Below, piece after piece: positions 1 to 10,707 of a stretch of 64,000 bases of DNA. The stretch is taken from positions 1-64,000 of the forward strand of contig DF237405.1 in NCBI GenBank assembly GCA_000708835.1, given 5' to 3'. The translations under genes were made by a program, and so were the position numbers. Every line of letters starts with the position of its first letter. Within the stretch, counting starts at the first letter, position 1. The notes under the pieces are model-generated. The model worked only from the letters and a program-made list of their open reading frames with translations, made no database searches and was not told where the DNA came from. The stretch is from Klebsormidium nitens. Taxonomy: Eukaryota > Plantae > Klebsormidiophyceae.

Positions 1-1447
1 AGTCCGCACGAGGGGGTCTTGGCTGAGTGTGAAAACCACTCAGATAGACAAATATCACCTCTTTGCGCCTTGCCAGGCGCCTCCTTCTCTCAGCTTGAAC
101 AACGCCCCTTTTAGAAGACGCTTGACTTGAATAGGCTGACGCAGCCTTATTTTAGTAAATTCGCACGCAAGGGACGGTTTAGTATTTTTGCGACAGTCGT
201 CGGCCGGCGGCCGCAGGACAGCCTGAGGCGCGCGCGTGCGCGCTTCTTCATCTTGCCGGACTTGCCTAATTGTCGCTTCAACTTAAATGTTGAACTAAAG
301 CATTCCTCAAGCCTAAAGTGCCTCTGCACGGTCAATCTATCGTGGCCGTTAGTACTCACTGTATTTGAAGGCAGACGAACATTCCCCCGCCTGCTTCCCT
401 GTCACCAGATGCGGCGCGGCGGCTTAGCAGTGCCTGGCGGCGACACGGAAAGCCGCGGCCGCTGGCCCGCTGGCGCGGTTTTGCACAACGGTTTTGCCGG
501 TTTCTTCGGACTCAGGCAAGTTGCAGCCCGGTACCGTACCGAGGTGCTGTCCTTTTTTTCCCCCCCTTTCTTTTTCAACAATCTGCCCGTAAGCAGCTCG
601 TCATGCTGGGGACTGCTGACTGGCATACGCGGTAGCGCAATGAAAAAGTTCACACGGGTGACTGGTACAATAAAGCATAATTCAGCATGATGGCCGCGTA
701 TCCACATAGACAGCCGGCCGTGCCCCGCCGACGCGGTCCGGACGCAACGCCTGCATTGAGTCCACGCTTCAAGGGGTCATGAGGCTCTGGTACTGACGCC
801 ACTACTGTGGTGCCAGCATCCGAGTTGGTACCGTCATCTGTCCCGTCAGCATGTATGCCGCCAGATCTTCGTTTGCGTTTCTCGTTGACCGCTTTTATTC
901 CAAAGACGATTTGACTTCTCGGCATGGCTTGTGGTCGTCATGTCCCAGCCAGCTAGTGGTGGAGGTAATACGCTTCGTCATCGTCCTTCTATCAATGCGC
1001 CTGGCTTTGGAGTCACGCCACACCATATACGAGGGGGATTTATGTTTGCAACTTGTCAGGCCAATTGGTGTCGACGGAATTGCTTGTAAGGTGAGCTATT
1101 TGGCCGTTTAATGTGAAACTTGAGCAGCCGGTACTTGTACAGCGCTGGCTTGCGCCTGGACTGTAGCATTTCAGCATTTAGTCTAGCATTTGCATGTGAG
1201 TCAATACTGGTTGTTCCAAGTTAACCGACTCTGTATCTGAGAGTGCCGTTTCTTGCGAGGTGGTACCGGTTCCTTGCAGTGGCGACTTTCGCCAGATGGA
1301 ACAGTGTGATTTGCTTTTGCGGTCCATGCGGCTGTCTTCATTTGTAGTGAGTCTACATTTTTTGAGTCCGCAAAGCTGGGCCAAAAAAAAAGCTAGTACC
1401 GAGGTGCTATCCGGAAGCAACTCGGACGGCACTTCCCAGTCATGTCG

Positions 1448-1647
1448 CGACACTTCAGGAATAGTAAGCTCAAGGAATAGTAAGCTCAAACCAAACACTA
1501 AAAACCTAACCTATTAAAATTACCTGCTCCGCACCCATACCCACCCTAAACCCCCAAACTAACCCTACCCGTCCTGGTCCCGTCCTACTGAGGCTGGTGA
1601 TTTTACTATTCCTGTGTTTCTGAAGCTTACTATTCCTGAAGTTGTCG
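1448..1647. mobile_element. MITE-like foldback element with inverted repeats around a telomere-like (CCCTAA-rich) core
   Basis: CTTCAGGAATAGTAAGCT at 1453-1470 is the exact reverse complement of 1624-1641. Extra subterminal copies of AGGAATAGTAA occur on both sides (about 1473-1486 and 1607-1618). The core 1490-1575 is homologous to the reverse complement of about 42290-42372. Confidence 0.7.
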
Positions 1648-2001
1648 AAGTGTTTCGAGATATTTCCGGCCTCAGTGGCCTAGTAGGTAGGTAATCGCCC
1701 ATGTTCCGCGCGTCCGGGCCATAGCCCCATTTCCAGATTGTCCATACATACTTCTTTTATAAGGCAGTAGCATGATTGTCTGATTGACGTATGGCTCGAC
1801 GGTAGCGGAACCTACATCTTTGAGGGATCCCTCAAGTACCGCTGTGCGACGTGCCGCATATCCGATCCGCCTCGCGCAAAATGCCAAGCGGGGCTACGGC
1901 GGCCGCCCGGACGTGTCGCGCGCGGGTGGCCGTAGTTATCATCTGCGGAATTCTGTACGTCAGTGTCAGAAGCTTGGTTCTCGATCAGAAGCCTAGAAGT
2001 A

Positions 2002-2192
2002 CCGTACTGCTATTTATTTTCGGCAATAAATAAATAATTCTTCGGCCTGCCGAAAATTTCAGAAAATATTTTCAGGCGATAATGGGTCGATAATGGTTAT
2101 TTTAGCAGGTAACCATTGGTCTGCCGAAAGGACGGAAAGTTTCATAATTAATTATTCGGCGTCGAAGGTGCCGAAATCAAATAGCAGTACGG
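2002..2192. mobile_element. Tc1/mariner-type MITE (TA target-site duplication, CCGTA termini)
   Basis: Left end is TA|CCGTACTGCTATTTATTTTCGGCA and the reverse complement of the right end is TA|CCGTACTGCTATTTGATTTCGGCA. TA flanks lie at 2000-2001 and 2193-2194. The interior is AT-rich and non-coding. Confidence 0.85.
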
Positions 2193-2537
2193 TATTAGGA
2201 AAGTGGCTTACCTATTTCCATGCGATAATCAACCACCTGACAAATTAAATTATCGTACCTAAATCGTAGATAACGCGTCGCTCGACAAATTTGTCAGGAT
2301 GTGTGCAAAACGGCACGCCTGACAAAATTGGTAGCACCGGCGTCGCACCGCACACTGTACGATGGGCAACGCACGGTCCGATATCGACCGTGCTCGACGC
2401 GACCGTGACGGTCGAGTGAGTCTCGACCCACATTGAAAGTTGCTGCAGTATCCTACATAACGGCGGCGCCCCTTATTGGAGGAGGTGGTGGTTCGCGACG
2501 ACTTGCCCCGGGTGCCACCAGCACTGCAATTCCACTA

Positions 2538-2708
2538 GCATTAGGGTCTCGCGTACCGCCCGGCGAGCAACCGGGCCCTCCCTGTGACATTAGGGTCTCA
2601 CGGGCAACCCAGTGACAACCGGGCACTTCCCAGTGACATTAGGGTGTGGCGGTCACTCTATCCTAGGTTTTTAGTGTGCCCGGTACCTCCCTGTGACAAC
2701 CGCCCGGG
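2538..2708. repeat. Degenerate short tandem array (units containing CAACCGGG..CCC(T/A)GTGACA(TTAGGGT))
   Basis: CAACCGGGCCCTCCCTGTGACATTAGGGT at about 2567-2595, CAACCGGGCACTTCCCAGTGACATTAGGGT at about 2617-2646, and further partial copies at 2538-2562 and 2678-2708. Lies upstream of APRT. Confidence 0.65.
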
Positions 2709-2969
2709 GATTACCAATTTTTGTCAAGCCATGCATTATCTCCGATATACGGTGTTTATAAATTTGTAGCGGCGCACGTCTTTCACGTGCTTGTATTACG
2801 GTAAACCCAGTTTTATGAATGCCTGCTGAGAAGGCTGAGAAGGCTGAGAATCAGAAGCTGCACACAGATCGTGGGGATCTGCAGGCCCATACGCAGGGCT
2901 CCAGGGCTGATCAGTGATCTGTGTCCGAGACCTTTGAACAAGACTTTTGAGTGCCCGAAGACTGAAAAG

Positions 2970-4743
2970 ATGGCGGACCCGCGCATTGCTCGCATTAGCA
3001 ATGCTATCCGCGCTATTCCAGATTTCCCCAAGAAAGGTAAGCAGACAGGAGGCCCCACCTATTGTTTTGTTTGGATCTTTTGCGCAGACGTCTCAGATGT
3101 CCTCAAGGTGCTGCGATGGTGGTTGAGCTTTTGACTTGTTCAGCATTGGGCACTTGCTGAGAGGCTGCGCGTGCTGTGTGCAGGTATCATGTTTCGCGAC
3201 ATCACCACCCTGCTCCTAGATCCAGCAGCCTTCCAGGATTCCATTGACCTCTTTGTCGCGCGCTACAAGGATCAGGGCATCCAGGTGGTGGCAGGCAAGC
3301 CCCGCACGTCATCCCTTTGCTGCAGTCAGGGCTGTCAGGGGGCTTCTCTTGGCAGGTTTTTGCTTTTCCATTCTGGAGGATGCACCCAGCATTATGCAAT
3401 GTAGTTGCGTTGGGCAGATTATGGGTGCACATTTATGCTGTTTCCTGGAACAGAGTACTTCCAGCTGTTGCAATTTGCAGGGATCGAGGCTCGCGGCTTC
3501 ATCTTTGGCCCTCCCCTGGCCCTGGCGTTGGGCGCCAAGTTTGTTCCGTTGCGAAAGCCGCGGAAGCTCCCAGGTGAAGGCGCAGCTGCTACCGGCTGGT
3601 CTGCAGCATGCCCTGATGAATCTACTGGTCAATCGCAGCTGTCTGTTCGAACAGCATTAGAACTTTCCGTCGACAATAAACAAGACAGTCCTTCACCACT
3701 TCCCGTTTAAGCCGGGGTTCTCATCCTGCATCTTCCACAGCTTCGCTGGGGTGCTGAGGTTCACTGCTGTCCCTTGCTGTCAACTGTTTGCTGCCTGTCT
3801 GGCGGTCCCCTCACATTCGCCACGAGCTGTCCCACCGAGGTGCTTTGAATGTGTGCAGGTCCGACCATTGGTGTGGACTACTCGCTCGAGTACGGCACCG
3901 ACCGGATCGAGATGCACGTGGGCGCGGTGCAGGCGGGGGAGCGCGTTGTCATCATCGACGACCTCATTGCCACGGGGGGCACCATGGGAGCAGGCATCGC
4001 GCTCATCGGTGCGCAGCACGGGCCGCCTTTCTTGCCTCTCATCCACAGGAGCACTGCCGCCAACTGCTTGTCCGGAAGTGCCTCCCATTGCTTTGCGCGG
4101 GTCAGGACAGAAGGCTGTGGGTGGCCTTGTTCCCGCAGGCTCGTGGTGATACTTGCAGACGCATGTCCCTTGAATGCCGTCCAGCCTCTGATGTAGGACG
4201 GCGTTTGTTCTGCAGACCAAGCTGGGGGCAAGGTCGTGGAGACTGCTTGTCTGATAGAGCTCACAGATCTGAAGGTGAGTTGACATGGACAGACAAGGAC
4301 AGGCTCTTATTGAATTGCCTGCAGCCTGTCCCTGCGATGGCTCTACCAGAAGCGGTTCCTCCGCAGTGTGGTCCCTGCCTGTCGCCCTGACTCGACCATG
4401 CGAAGGGGGCCCAGACTAAAGCGACTGGCTCTGGGGATAAAGAGGACAATTCAGGCAATACTTCCTTTGAGGCCCATTTTCGTTTCGAAAGTGGTTTTGC
4501 TGCGCCACCTTTCTGGAGCAAGCTGCACAAGATCGGATGTAGTTCGCTTCTGCTTCAAGACGTGGCACCCGCGTCCAGTAGTGCACCAGGGTCCTCAAGC
4601 GGGACCTGTCTGTGCTTGCTTGTCCTGCAAGGTTGCAGCGCATCCGACAGTTGACATCTACTTCCTGACTTGTGCGTGTGCAGGGCCGTGAGAAGCTTGG
4701 GAACACTCCACTGTTTGTCTTGGTCGAGTACGAAGGGGAGTAA
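2970..4743 (+). CDS. APT: Adenine phosphoribosyltransferase, 6 exons (2970-3036, 3184-3294, 3481-3573, 3859-4008, 4216-4274, 4684-4743)
   Basis: Spliced product [36 protein letters not shown]...[10 protein letters not shown]...LRKPRKLPG...LEYGTD...[13 protein letters not shown] (PRPP-binding motif)...[19 protein letters not shown]. Intron 2 has a GC donor. Confidence 0.97.
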
Positions 4744-6014
4744 GGGATGATTTGAATGATTGAGATAACAAGGTACTATTCGTACGTTCTCATCAACATT
4801 ATACTGACAACGTTGCAAAGCAGTCTCTGGCTCGGCTGATTATTTCGTAACTTTTTGTTCAAATGTCTATGGAGACAACTACGAGCGGCGCTGGGATTCA
4901 ACGCCAGTTTAATGACAGACTGGATAATCGTCGACACTTAGTCAAAAGTCGGCAGAATTGATTGAAACTCTATGGGTTGATATGTTAGACACTGGCACTG
5001 ATGGCCTCCATTAGATCCAATTGATTGAAGAAGCGTAAAATGGTGACACTAACACGAGGTCTATGCCCTGTAAGTCGAATACGTCAATTGATCTGGTATG
5101 TGTCATGTCCCGCCTGCGCGGCAGCAGTCAAGGCGTGAACGTGTTCACCTGTTGTTTTGTGATACTTCAGCGCAAATCTGGTAGATCGCTTGCAGCGTGT
5201 CCATTCCAATTAATCGCGAATCAGCAGCTTTATACTTTGAATCGTCCGACCCTTGATACAATTAAGCGGATTTTTCGATGAGAGCTTGGCTGTCCAGAAT
5301 GCTCGGGCATGCTGTTTGGACCGTGCAATGGAGACCGTCCATGCCAGCCATGGCCTATATACTCGGGCGCGCAGCTGCACTTGCTATAGCTGGGGTGCCA
5401 CTGCTGTACTCACGCCCGTTTGCCGTTGTATACTACAGCAATCTCTGCCAGCCGGGCCCAAATTGCATGGCGTGTCAGTTTGTGGCGTTGAAGCTTGCTC
5501 ATAGCTCGCAATGACTTGTCCAGCGGTACAACAGCAGGTGCAACTGAAACGAGCTACAAGTGTTCGAGCATTGCTAGGACTCTGAGAATGAACAGGAGCA
5601 TAAGCTATGGATGCAGGCAGAGGACGCTCAGAAAATTGAGAGCGCATGGAACCGTATCCGAAGATGGAATGTTCAGATAGTCAAGGCAGCTTCATCAGGA
5701 GCTAACGGACAAGGAAAAACAGTAAGCGACTTAAGTATAATCTCCAACTTAACTCCATCCGAAGTATGGCTCCCTAATTCAATGTCGGCTATTACAACTT
5801 CGTATGCCTGGATGTATGATTGACCGCTCGAGCACCGCTCGTCCATCAACGCCTTGGTCCTATGCTTCAGTCGGGCACCTGCGCTTCAGGCGGACTGTCA
5901 TTTGCAACGAGGCCCGGTAGGTCAAAGAACCAGCCCTGCCGCAGGCCAATCGTGATCTCTTCGCGACATCTCAGACGTTCCTCTGTCCAATCGTGCTTGC
6001 CCCGGCGATCCGGG

Positions 6015-9000
6015 TCAGCAGCAGCGCGCCGTACGCCCCGTGCGCGGCCCCCCCTCGTCCTCCTGCTCCAGCTCGGGTGCGGCGCGCGCCAGCATGGCCA
6101 GCACGTCGTCGAAGGTGGGCCGCCGCCGCGGGTTGCCCGCCCAGCACGCCGTCATCAGCCGCGCCAGGCCCGGGGGGCAGTGCGCCGGGACGGGCGGCCG
6201 CGCCTCCTGCACGCACCCACGCAGCAGTGAGCAACACGCAGGCCGCCAGAGGGGGCGCAGCGCAGGGCGGCCGCCGTCCATGTGCGGCACGAAGGGGCGC
6301 AGCAGGGCGGCGCGTGCGTGGGGCTCACCCGCGCGACGACGGCGAAGGCGGCCTGGATGCCGGTCATGTCGGGGAAGGGCAGCTGCAGCGTGAGCAGCTC
6401 CCACAGCACCAGCGCGAAGCTGTACACGTCCGCCGCACCGCCGTACGCCTTGCCCGCCAACACCTGCGCAGCCGACCACGCCGATGTAAACCGACGCCCG
6501 CCCGGGTCGATCGCCCCCGAAGAGTCCACCTCCTCCAAGCTCAATCCTTGAATGCGTGTCTGGGAGGCAATGGCGGATCCGCTGTTTCGACTCGGCTATG
6601 GCGCAGCACCTCGGATGGTGTAAGCTCCTGTCTTAGTGGGCGGTGTCTCTGCAGAGGCCAGCGTGCCCCAACACAAAGCTTCAGCTGATGCCACCAACGA
6701 GCAACCTTCTTCTCGGACACTCCTCGGTGACGGACACGCGCAAGCCCCCGCCCTGTCCATGATGGACACGTGGTTCGCCCCGCCCTGCTGCGACGCTGCT
6801 GCCGCGCGCTCACCTCCGGCGCCATCCAGCGGTAGGTCCCAATCTCGCCGCGCGCCGTCCCCGCTGGGCCCAGCCGGACGGCCTCGCCAAAGTCGGCCAG
6901 CTTGATGGTGCCGTCGGCCGTGAACAGCAGGTTCTCCGTCTTCAGGTCGCGGTGGACGATGCCCTGCGAGTGCAGGTATCTGCACACGGGACAGCGACGT
7001 CAGCGAGAGCGAGCAACCTAGTGTCGCCACACGCGACATCAGTACGTACTGGCTCGCTCTTGCTGAGCCTCAGGCAGAGACCACCCCGTCACCACGTCAC
7101 CAGCAGCGTCTCGGGCAAGATAGCAGAGCTGAGGGCGGCGGCCTCACGCGCCGGCGTGGGCGATGTCGGCGGCCATGTCGAGGAGCTGCAGCGGGGGGAT
7201 GAGCTGGCCGCGGCGCAGGCGCAGCCAGTGGCGCACACTGCCGCCGCGGCAGTACTCCATCACCAGCGTGCGCACGGGGGGGCAGCAGTAGGCGCCCACG
7301 AACTGCAGCAGGCGGACCACGCGTTCGAAGTGACGGCCCCAGCATGGGACAGCGCCCAGGACGAGAACAATGCCCTTCGCCCTTCCAATCCTTTGGGGGC
7401 TAGCGTTACCTGGGCTTTGCGGGACCCACTTTGGTACCAAGCTTCAGCATCCGAGAATGAGGGGGCGCGTAGCCCATGACGCCACTGCCTATGGAGGGGC
7501 CAGGACAGCAGGGCGCTGCAACCAACGAGCATGCAAAGACCGATTGCGCAATCTTCCCACTTGCTCGCAACCGCGGTGCGCGTGCTCACCTTGACGATGT
7601 TGGGGTGCTCCAGCTGCGACAGGATGCCCACCTGCGCACACCACAACCGCGGGCTTCGTGTGAATGGGCCCCAAAGGTCGTCCGCGGCGCTGCTGGTCGA
7701 AGCTGCGCTATCCGCCACTGTGAGCAGAGCAGCGTGCAACTCTGTGATGCCCCTCAGACTAACATTAGAACGCGAACGTCTTGCTGAAGGTGCTGATTGA
7801 TTTGTAGAGAAAGAGTTTGAAGGTACACGACAAGAACACTGCGCCGACCAAGTGAGACGTGCTGCCCACCTCGTTTTGGAACTGGTGCGCCATGGCGTCC
7901 GCGGCCTCCTGCGACGCCGTCATGCGCAGCACCTTCACCGCCACCTGCACCACCACCAGCCAGCCACCCGCCACGTCACTAAAGCCAGTCCACCCAGAGC
8001 TGGAGTAGCCACACAACACCGGCATGGCTGCTGCCGGTCATCAGGCTTGCGTGCTTTACCCTTGCCCTGCTCTGCTCACCTCTCGTTTCTTGTACTGCCC
8101 CCGGAAGATCCGCCCAAACGCGCCTGCCGCCACCTCCGCTCCCAGGAACAGCTGTTTTACGTCAATGGTGTGCAGCCGCGCCTCCAGCGGCAGCCCGCGC
8201 CAGGCAGCAGGGCTCACCCCGGCCTCTGCGCCCGCCCCCCCCTCCCCCTCCCTGCCGTCCGGGCTGTCGCGCAGGCTGGCGCTTCCCCACGGCAGGAAAA
8301 GGCCACTACTGCTACGGAGCAACGGCTCCAGAGACACCCCCGTGGCGTACGAGGTGCCGCCGTCCCTGCTGCTACCAGCACTGGGGGAAGAGCGCCCGGG
8401 GGACCCCCCACTGCCGCCGTCGCGCACACTGTCCTCGCTGCCCTCTACGGACGGCCCAGGGGCAGTCGCTGGCGGGAGCCCGAGCGGGGACTTCTTTGCC
8501 GCAGCCACAGCCGGCGCCCCCCTGGGGCCATCCCCCCTACCCAACGAAGGCCCCTCGCTGGAAGGCGTCGACGCCGGGCCGGCCGTGGGCTGGTCCGCCG
8601 AGGTGTCGCTGCTCCAGAGCAGGGGCCCGCTCATAGGGTAGTGCGGCGTGGGGGCCCAGGAAGGCGCCGACTGCGTCCTGGGGAGGCCCCCCGGCCATGC
8701 GGCTGCCGGGGCGGTCTTGGGCACCGCGGGCCCAGGATCAGGGGAGGCGAGACCCGTGCGCGGATGGCTGTGCGCGCGAAGGGCCCTGCGATGCAGCGCG
8801 CGGTCCAGGCGGTGCGCCTGCGCTTGCTCGTTGCGCTCTCTGGCGCGATTGCGCATGCGGCTGAGGCCAGAGAGGCGGCGCGCCCCCTCGGCCAGCAGGA
8901 GGCGCTCCGCAGGGGCCAGCCCTGGAGACAGCGCGGCCGAGCGGCGCTCCTCCTCCTGCATGCGCGCAGCGCCCGGCTTCTCCGGGGAGGGCGCCTCCGC

Positions 9001-9776
9001 TGCGGGTGGCGCGCTGCCCTCCTTGGGCCCGCCGGGTGACTCCACCCAGGAGCTGGTGCGGCGGGTGAGGCTGCGCCAGAGCCGGCCGAGCCGCGCACTG
9101 GGAGGTGGGTCGCCTGCGGTGGCACAAACTTCAGAGATGGGGAGGGAGGATCGCGCAATTGAGAGCGGGGTCGCACTGAAAACAATGTCCAGCCTGGATA
9201 CATGTTTGGGGGCTGTGCTGCACCGCAAGGGGAGATGCTGGGATGGCGCTACTTTGCCTCAACGTGGGGCGCCTCTAACTGCCAGGGCTAAGGCTGGGCC
9301 CACTCTGCAGCATGGAGCCGCTGTTTTGAGGACTCACTCCCCTGTCTGTCCTCACCTGTAGCACTGTCTCCGCCACTGCCTGCCCTAGGCAGCTCCCTGG
9401 CGCTGACCACTGCGCTCTCCCACAAGCGATCGCTGCCTGGGCCCTCCAGGCCATGAGCCTCCGCCCAAGTGCGCAGGCGCCGCTCCTCCAGGCTGGCGCC
9501 GCCTGCGTCGGGCTCTGGGGGACCATTCGCAGGGGCACTGGTGTCCGGAGAGGAGAAGGGCGCCTGGGCCTGGCTCTGAGTGAGGCCCTGCCCCCCCGTT
9601 GCCTGGCTGGCTGGGCTGTGCGCGAGTCCTTTCCCTGGAATGACCAGGTCGCTCACGGCCAGGCCTTGTCGCCGGGTGCGCAGCGACAAGGAGCGCCCCA
9701 GCTCCGGCGGGCGCTCCTGCCCGGCCACAACACGGGGGGCCCCAGCCTCCTCGCCAACTGGAGGTGCTGATGTCAT
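6015..9776 (-). CDS. Raf-like (group C, HT1/STY-like) Ser/Thr/Tyr protein kinase with a long low-complexity N-terminus; start codon uncertain (9776 or 9863)
   Basis: Exons encode [97 protein letters not shown] and RRPTF, with GT-AG junctions in frame. Confidence 0.92.
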
Positions 9777-10309
9777 GTCAAGAGTAGACGAGGCTGGCCT
9801 GAACCATTTGGGTGCCCGATGCAGAGAGCCCCCCAAGATCAGCCGAGCTTGTATGTCATGCAAGCAAGGCGCTAGCGAGGAAAGGAGTGTGGCAGCCTGC
9901 TACAGCGTCAGGTGTGCCAGCTGGCCATGGCGGCCAGGGGGAAGGGCGCGGCTGCAGCGGCCTATGCAATGCTGCAATTGGGTTGCACCGCACAGCTGCC
10001 TCAGTGTCTAAGACAAGGATGATGGCCCCCCGAATGCCGCCAAGGTCCACCTACTGCTCACCAATGACGAGATGACAATATGCGCATTGGAAGGACTTAG
10101 GAGGGGCACCTCAAGCGGCACTGCCAGCAGCATGGTCGGGCGCCCATACCGTATTAAATGCCATAATGGACTGCGTTGGTGTTGTGCCCATGTGCATGAT
10201 GCAACATTGTTGAAAGCTGGCACGGGCCGCACCGCCACATCAAACAGGCTACACTGCTATGAACACGTGCACCACATGTGCATACCGGGCTGGCAACTCT
10301 GGCATGGTA

Positions 10310-10583
10310 CCGTAGTGGCACGACCCATTCGCGACCCCTCTCTGCGAACATTATTTTTTTCACTTATTTTTTTTCACACCAAGCTCAAGAGGATTTATTT
10401 CATTTCGTACCAGCAATATAACCCTACAGAATCAGGTAATTAACCACCCAAAACAGACGTAACCAATCAACTAACCCGGATCTTTTAGTTTCGCAGTTTC
10501 ACACAAGCTGTTCAGAATTAATTATTTTTTTCACACAAGCCCAAAATAATTAATTTCAGGGTGAATGGGTCGTGCCACTACGG
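10310..10583. mobile_element. Tc1/mariner-type MITE (21-bp perfect TIR, TA TSD) between the divergent kinase and TBL2 genes
   Basis: CCGTAGTGGCACGACCCATTC at 10310-10330 and its exact reverse complement at 10563-10583. TA flanks at 10308-10309 and 10584-10585. The interior is AT-rich with repeated TTTTTTCACAC motifs. Confidence 0.88.
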
Positions 10584-10647
10584 TACCTGGATCATGGATG
10601 CAACAAAGTTCCAAGTTCCAACTGCTCTGCTCCATATATAATGTCAC

Positions 10648-10695
10648 GGTTGTAGGGGGTTGTATAGCCTGTCGGTTGTAGGTTGTAGGTTGTAC
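10648..10695. repeat. Short GGTTGTA tandem repeat just upstream of the TBL2 start
   Basis: About five imperfect copies of GGTTGTA. Confidence 0.6.
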
Positions 10696-10707
10696 AGAGA
10701 GCGCACG

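Noticed and set aside
127-1111. Several 70-190 aa ORFs at the left edge
   Set aside because: No recognisable domain, inconsistent frames and no convincing exon chain.
1540-1572. CCCTAA/TAACCC motifs suggesting a telomere or interstitial telomeric array
   Set aside because: The motifs are few, degenerate and embedded in a dispersed repeat core, not a tandem telomeric array.
2538-2708. Repeat-spacer-like pattern suggesting CRISPR
   Set aside because: The units are degenerate and irregularly spaced, there are no cas genes, and the context is a eukaryotic nuclear genome.
5820-9863. Many long overlapping ORFs on both strands (e.g. 7852-9039 +, 395 aa)
   Set aside because: These are shadow frames of very GC-rich kinase exons. 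They give Arg/Ala/Pro-rich translations with no motifs, and only the minus-strand kinase frame has recognisable domains.
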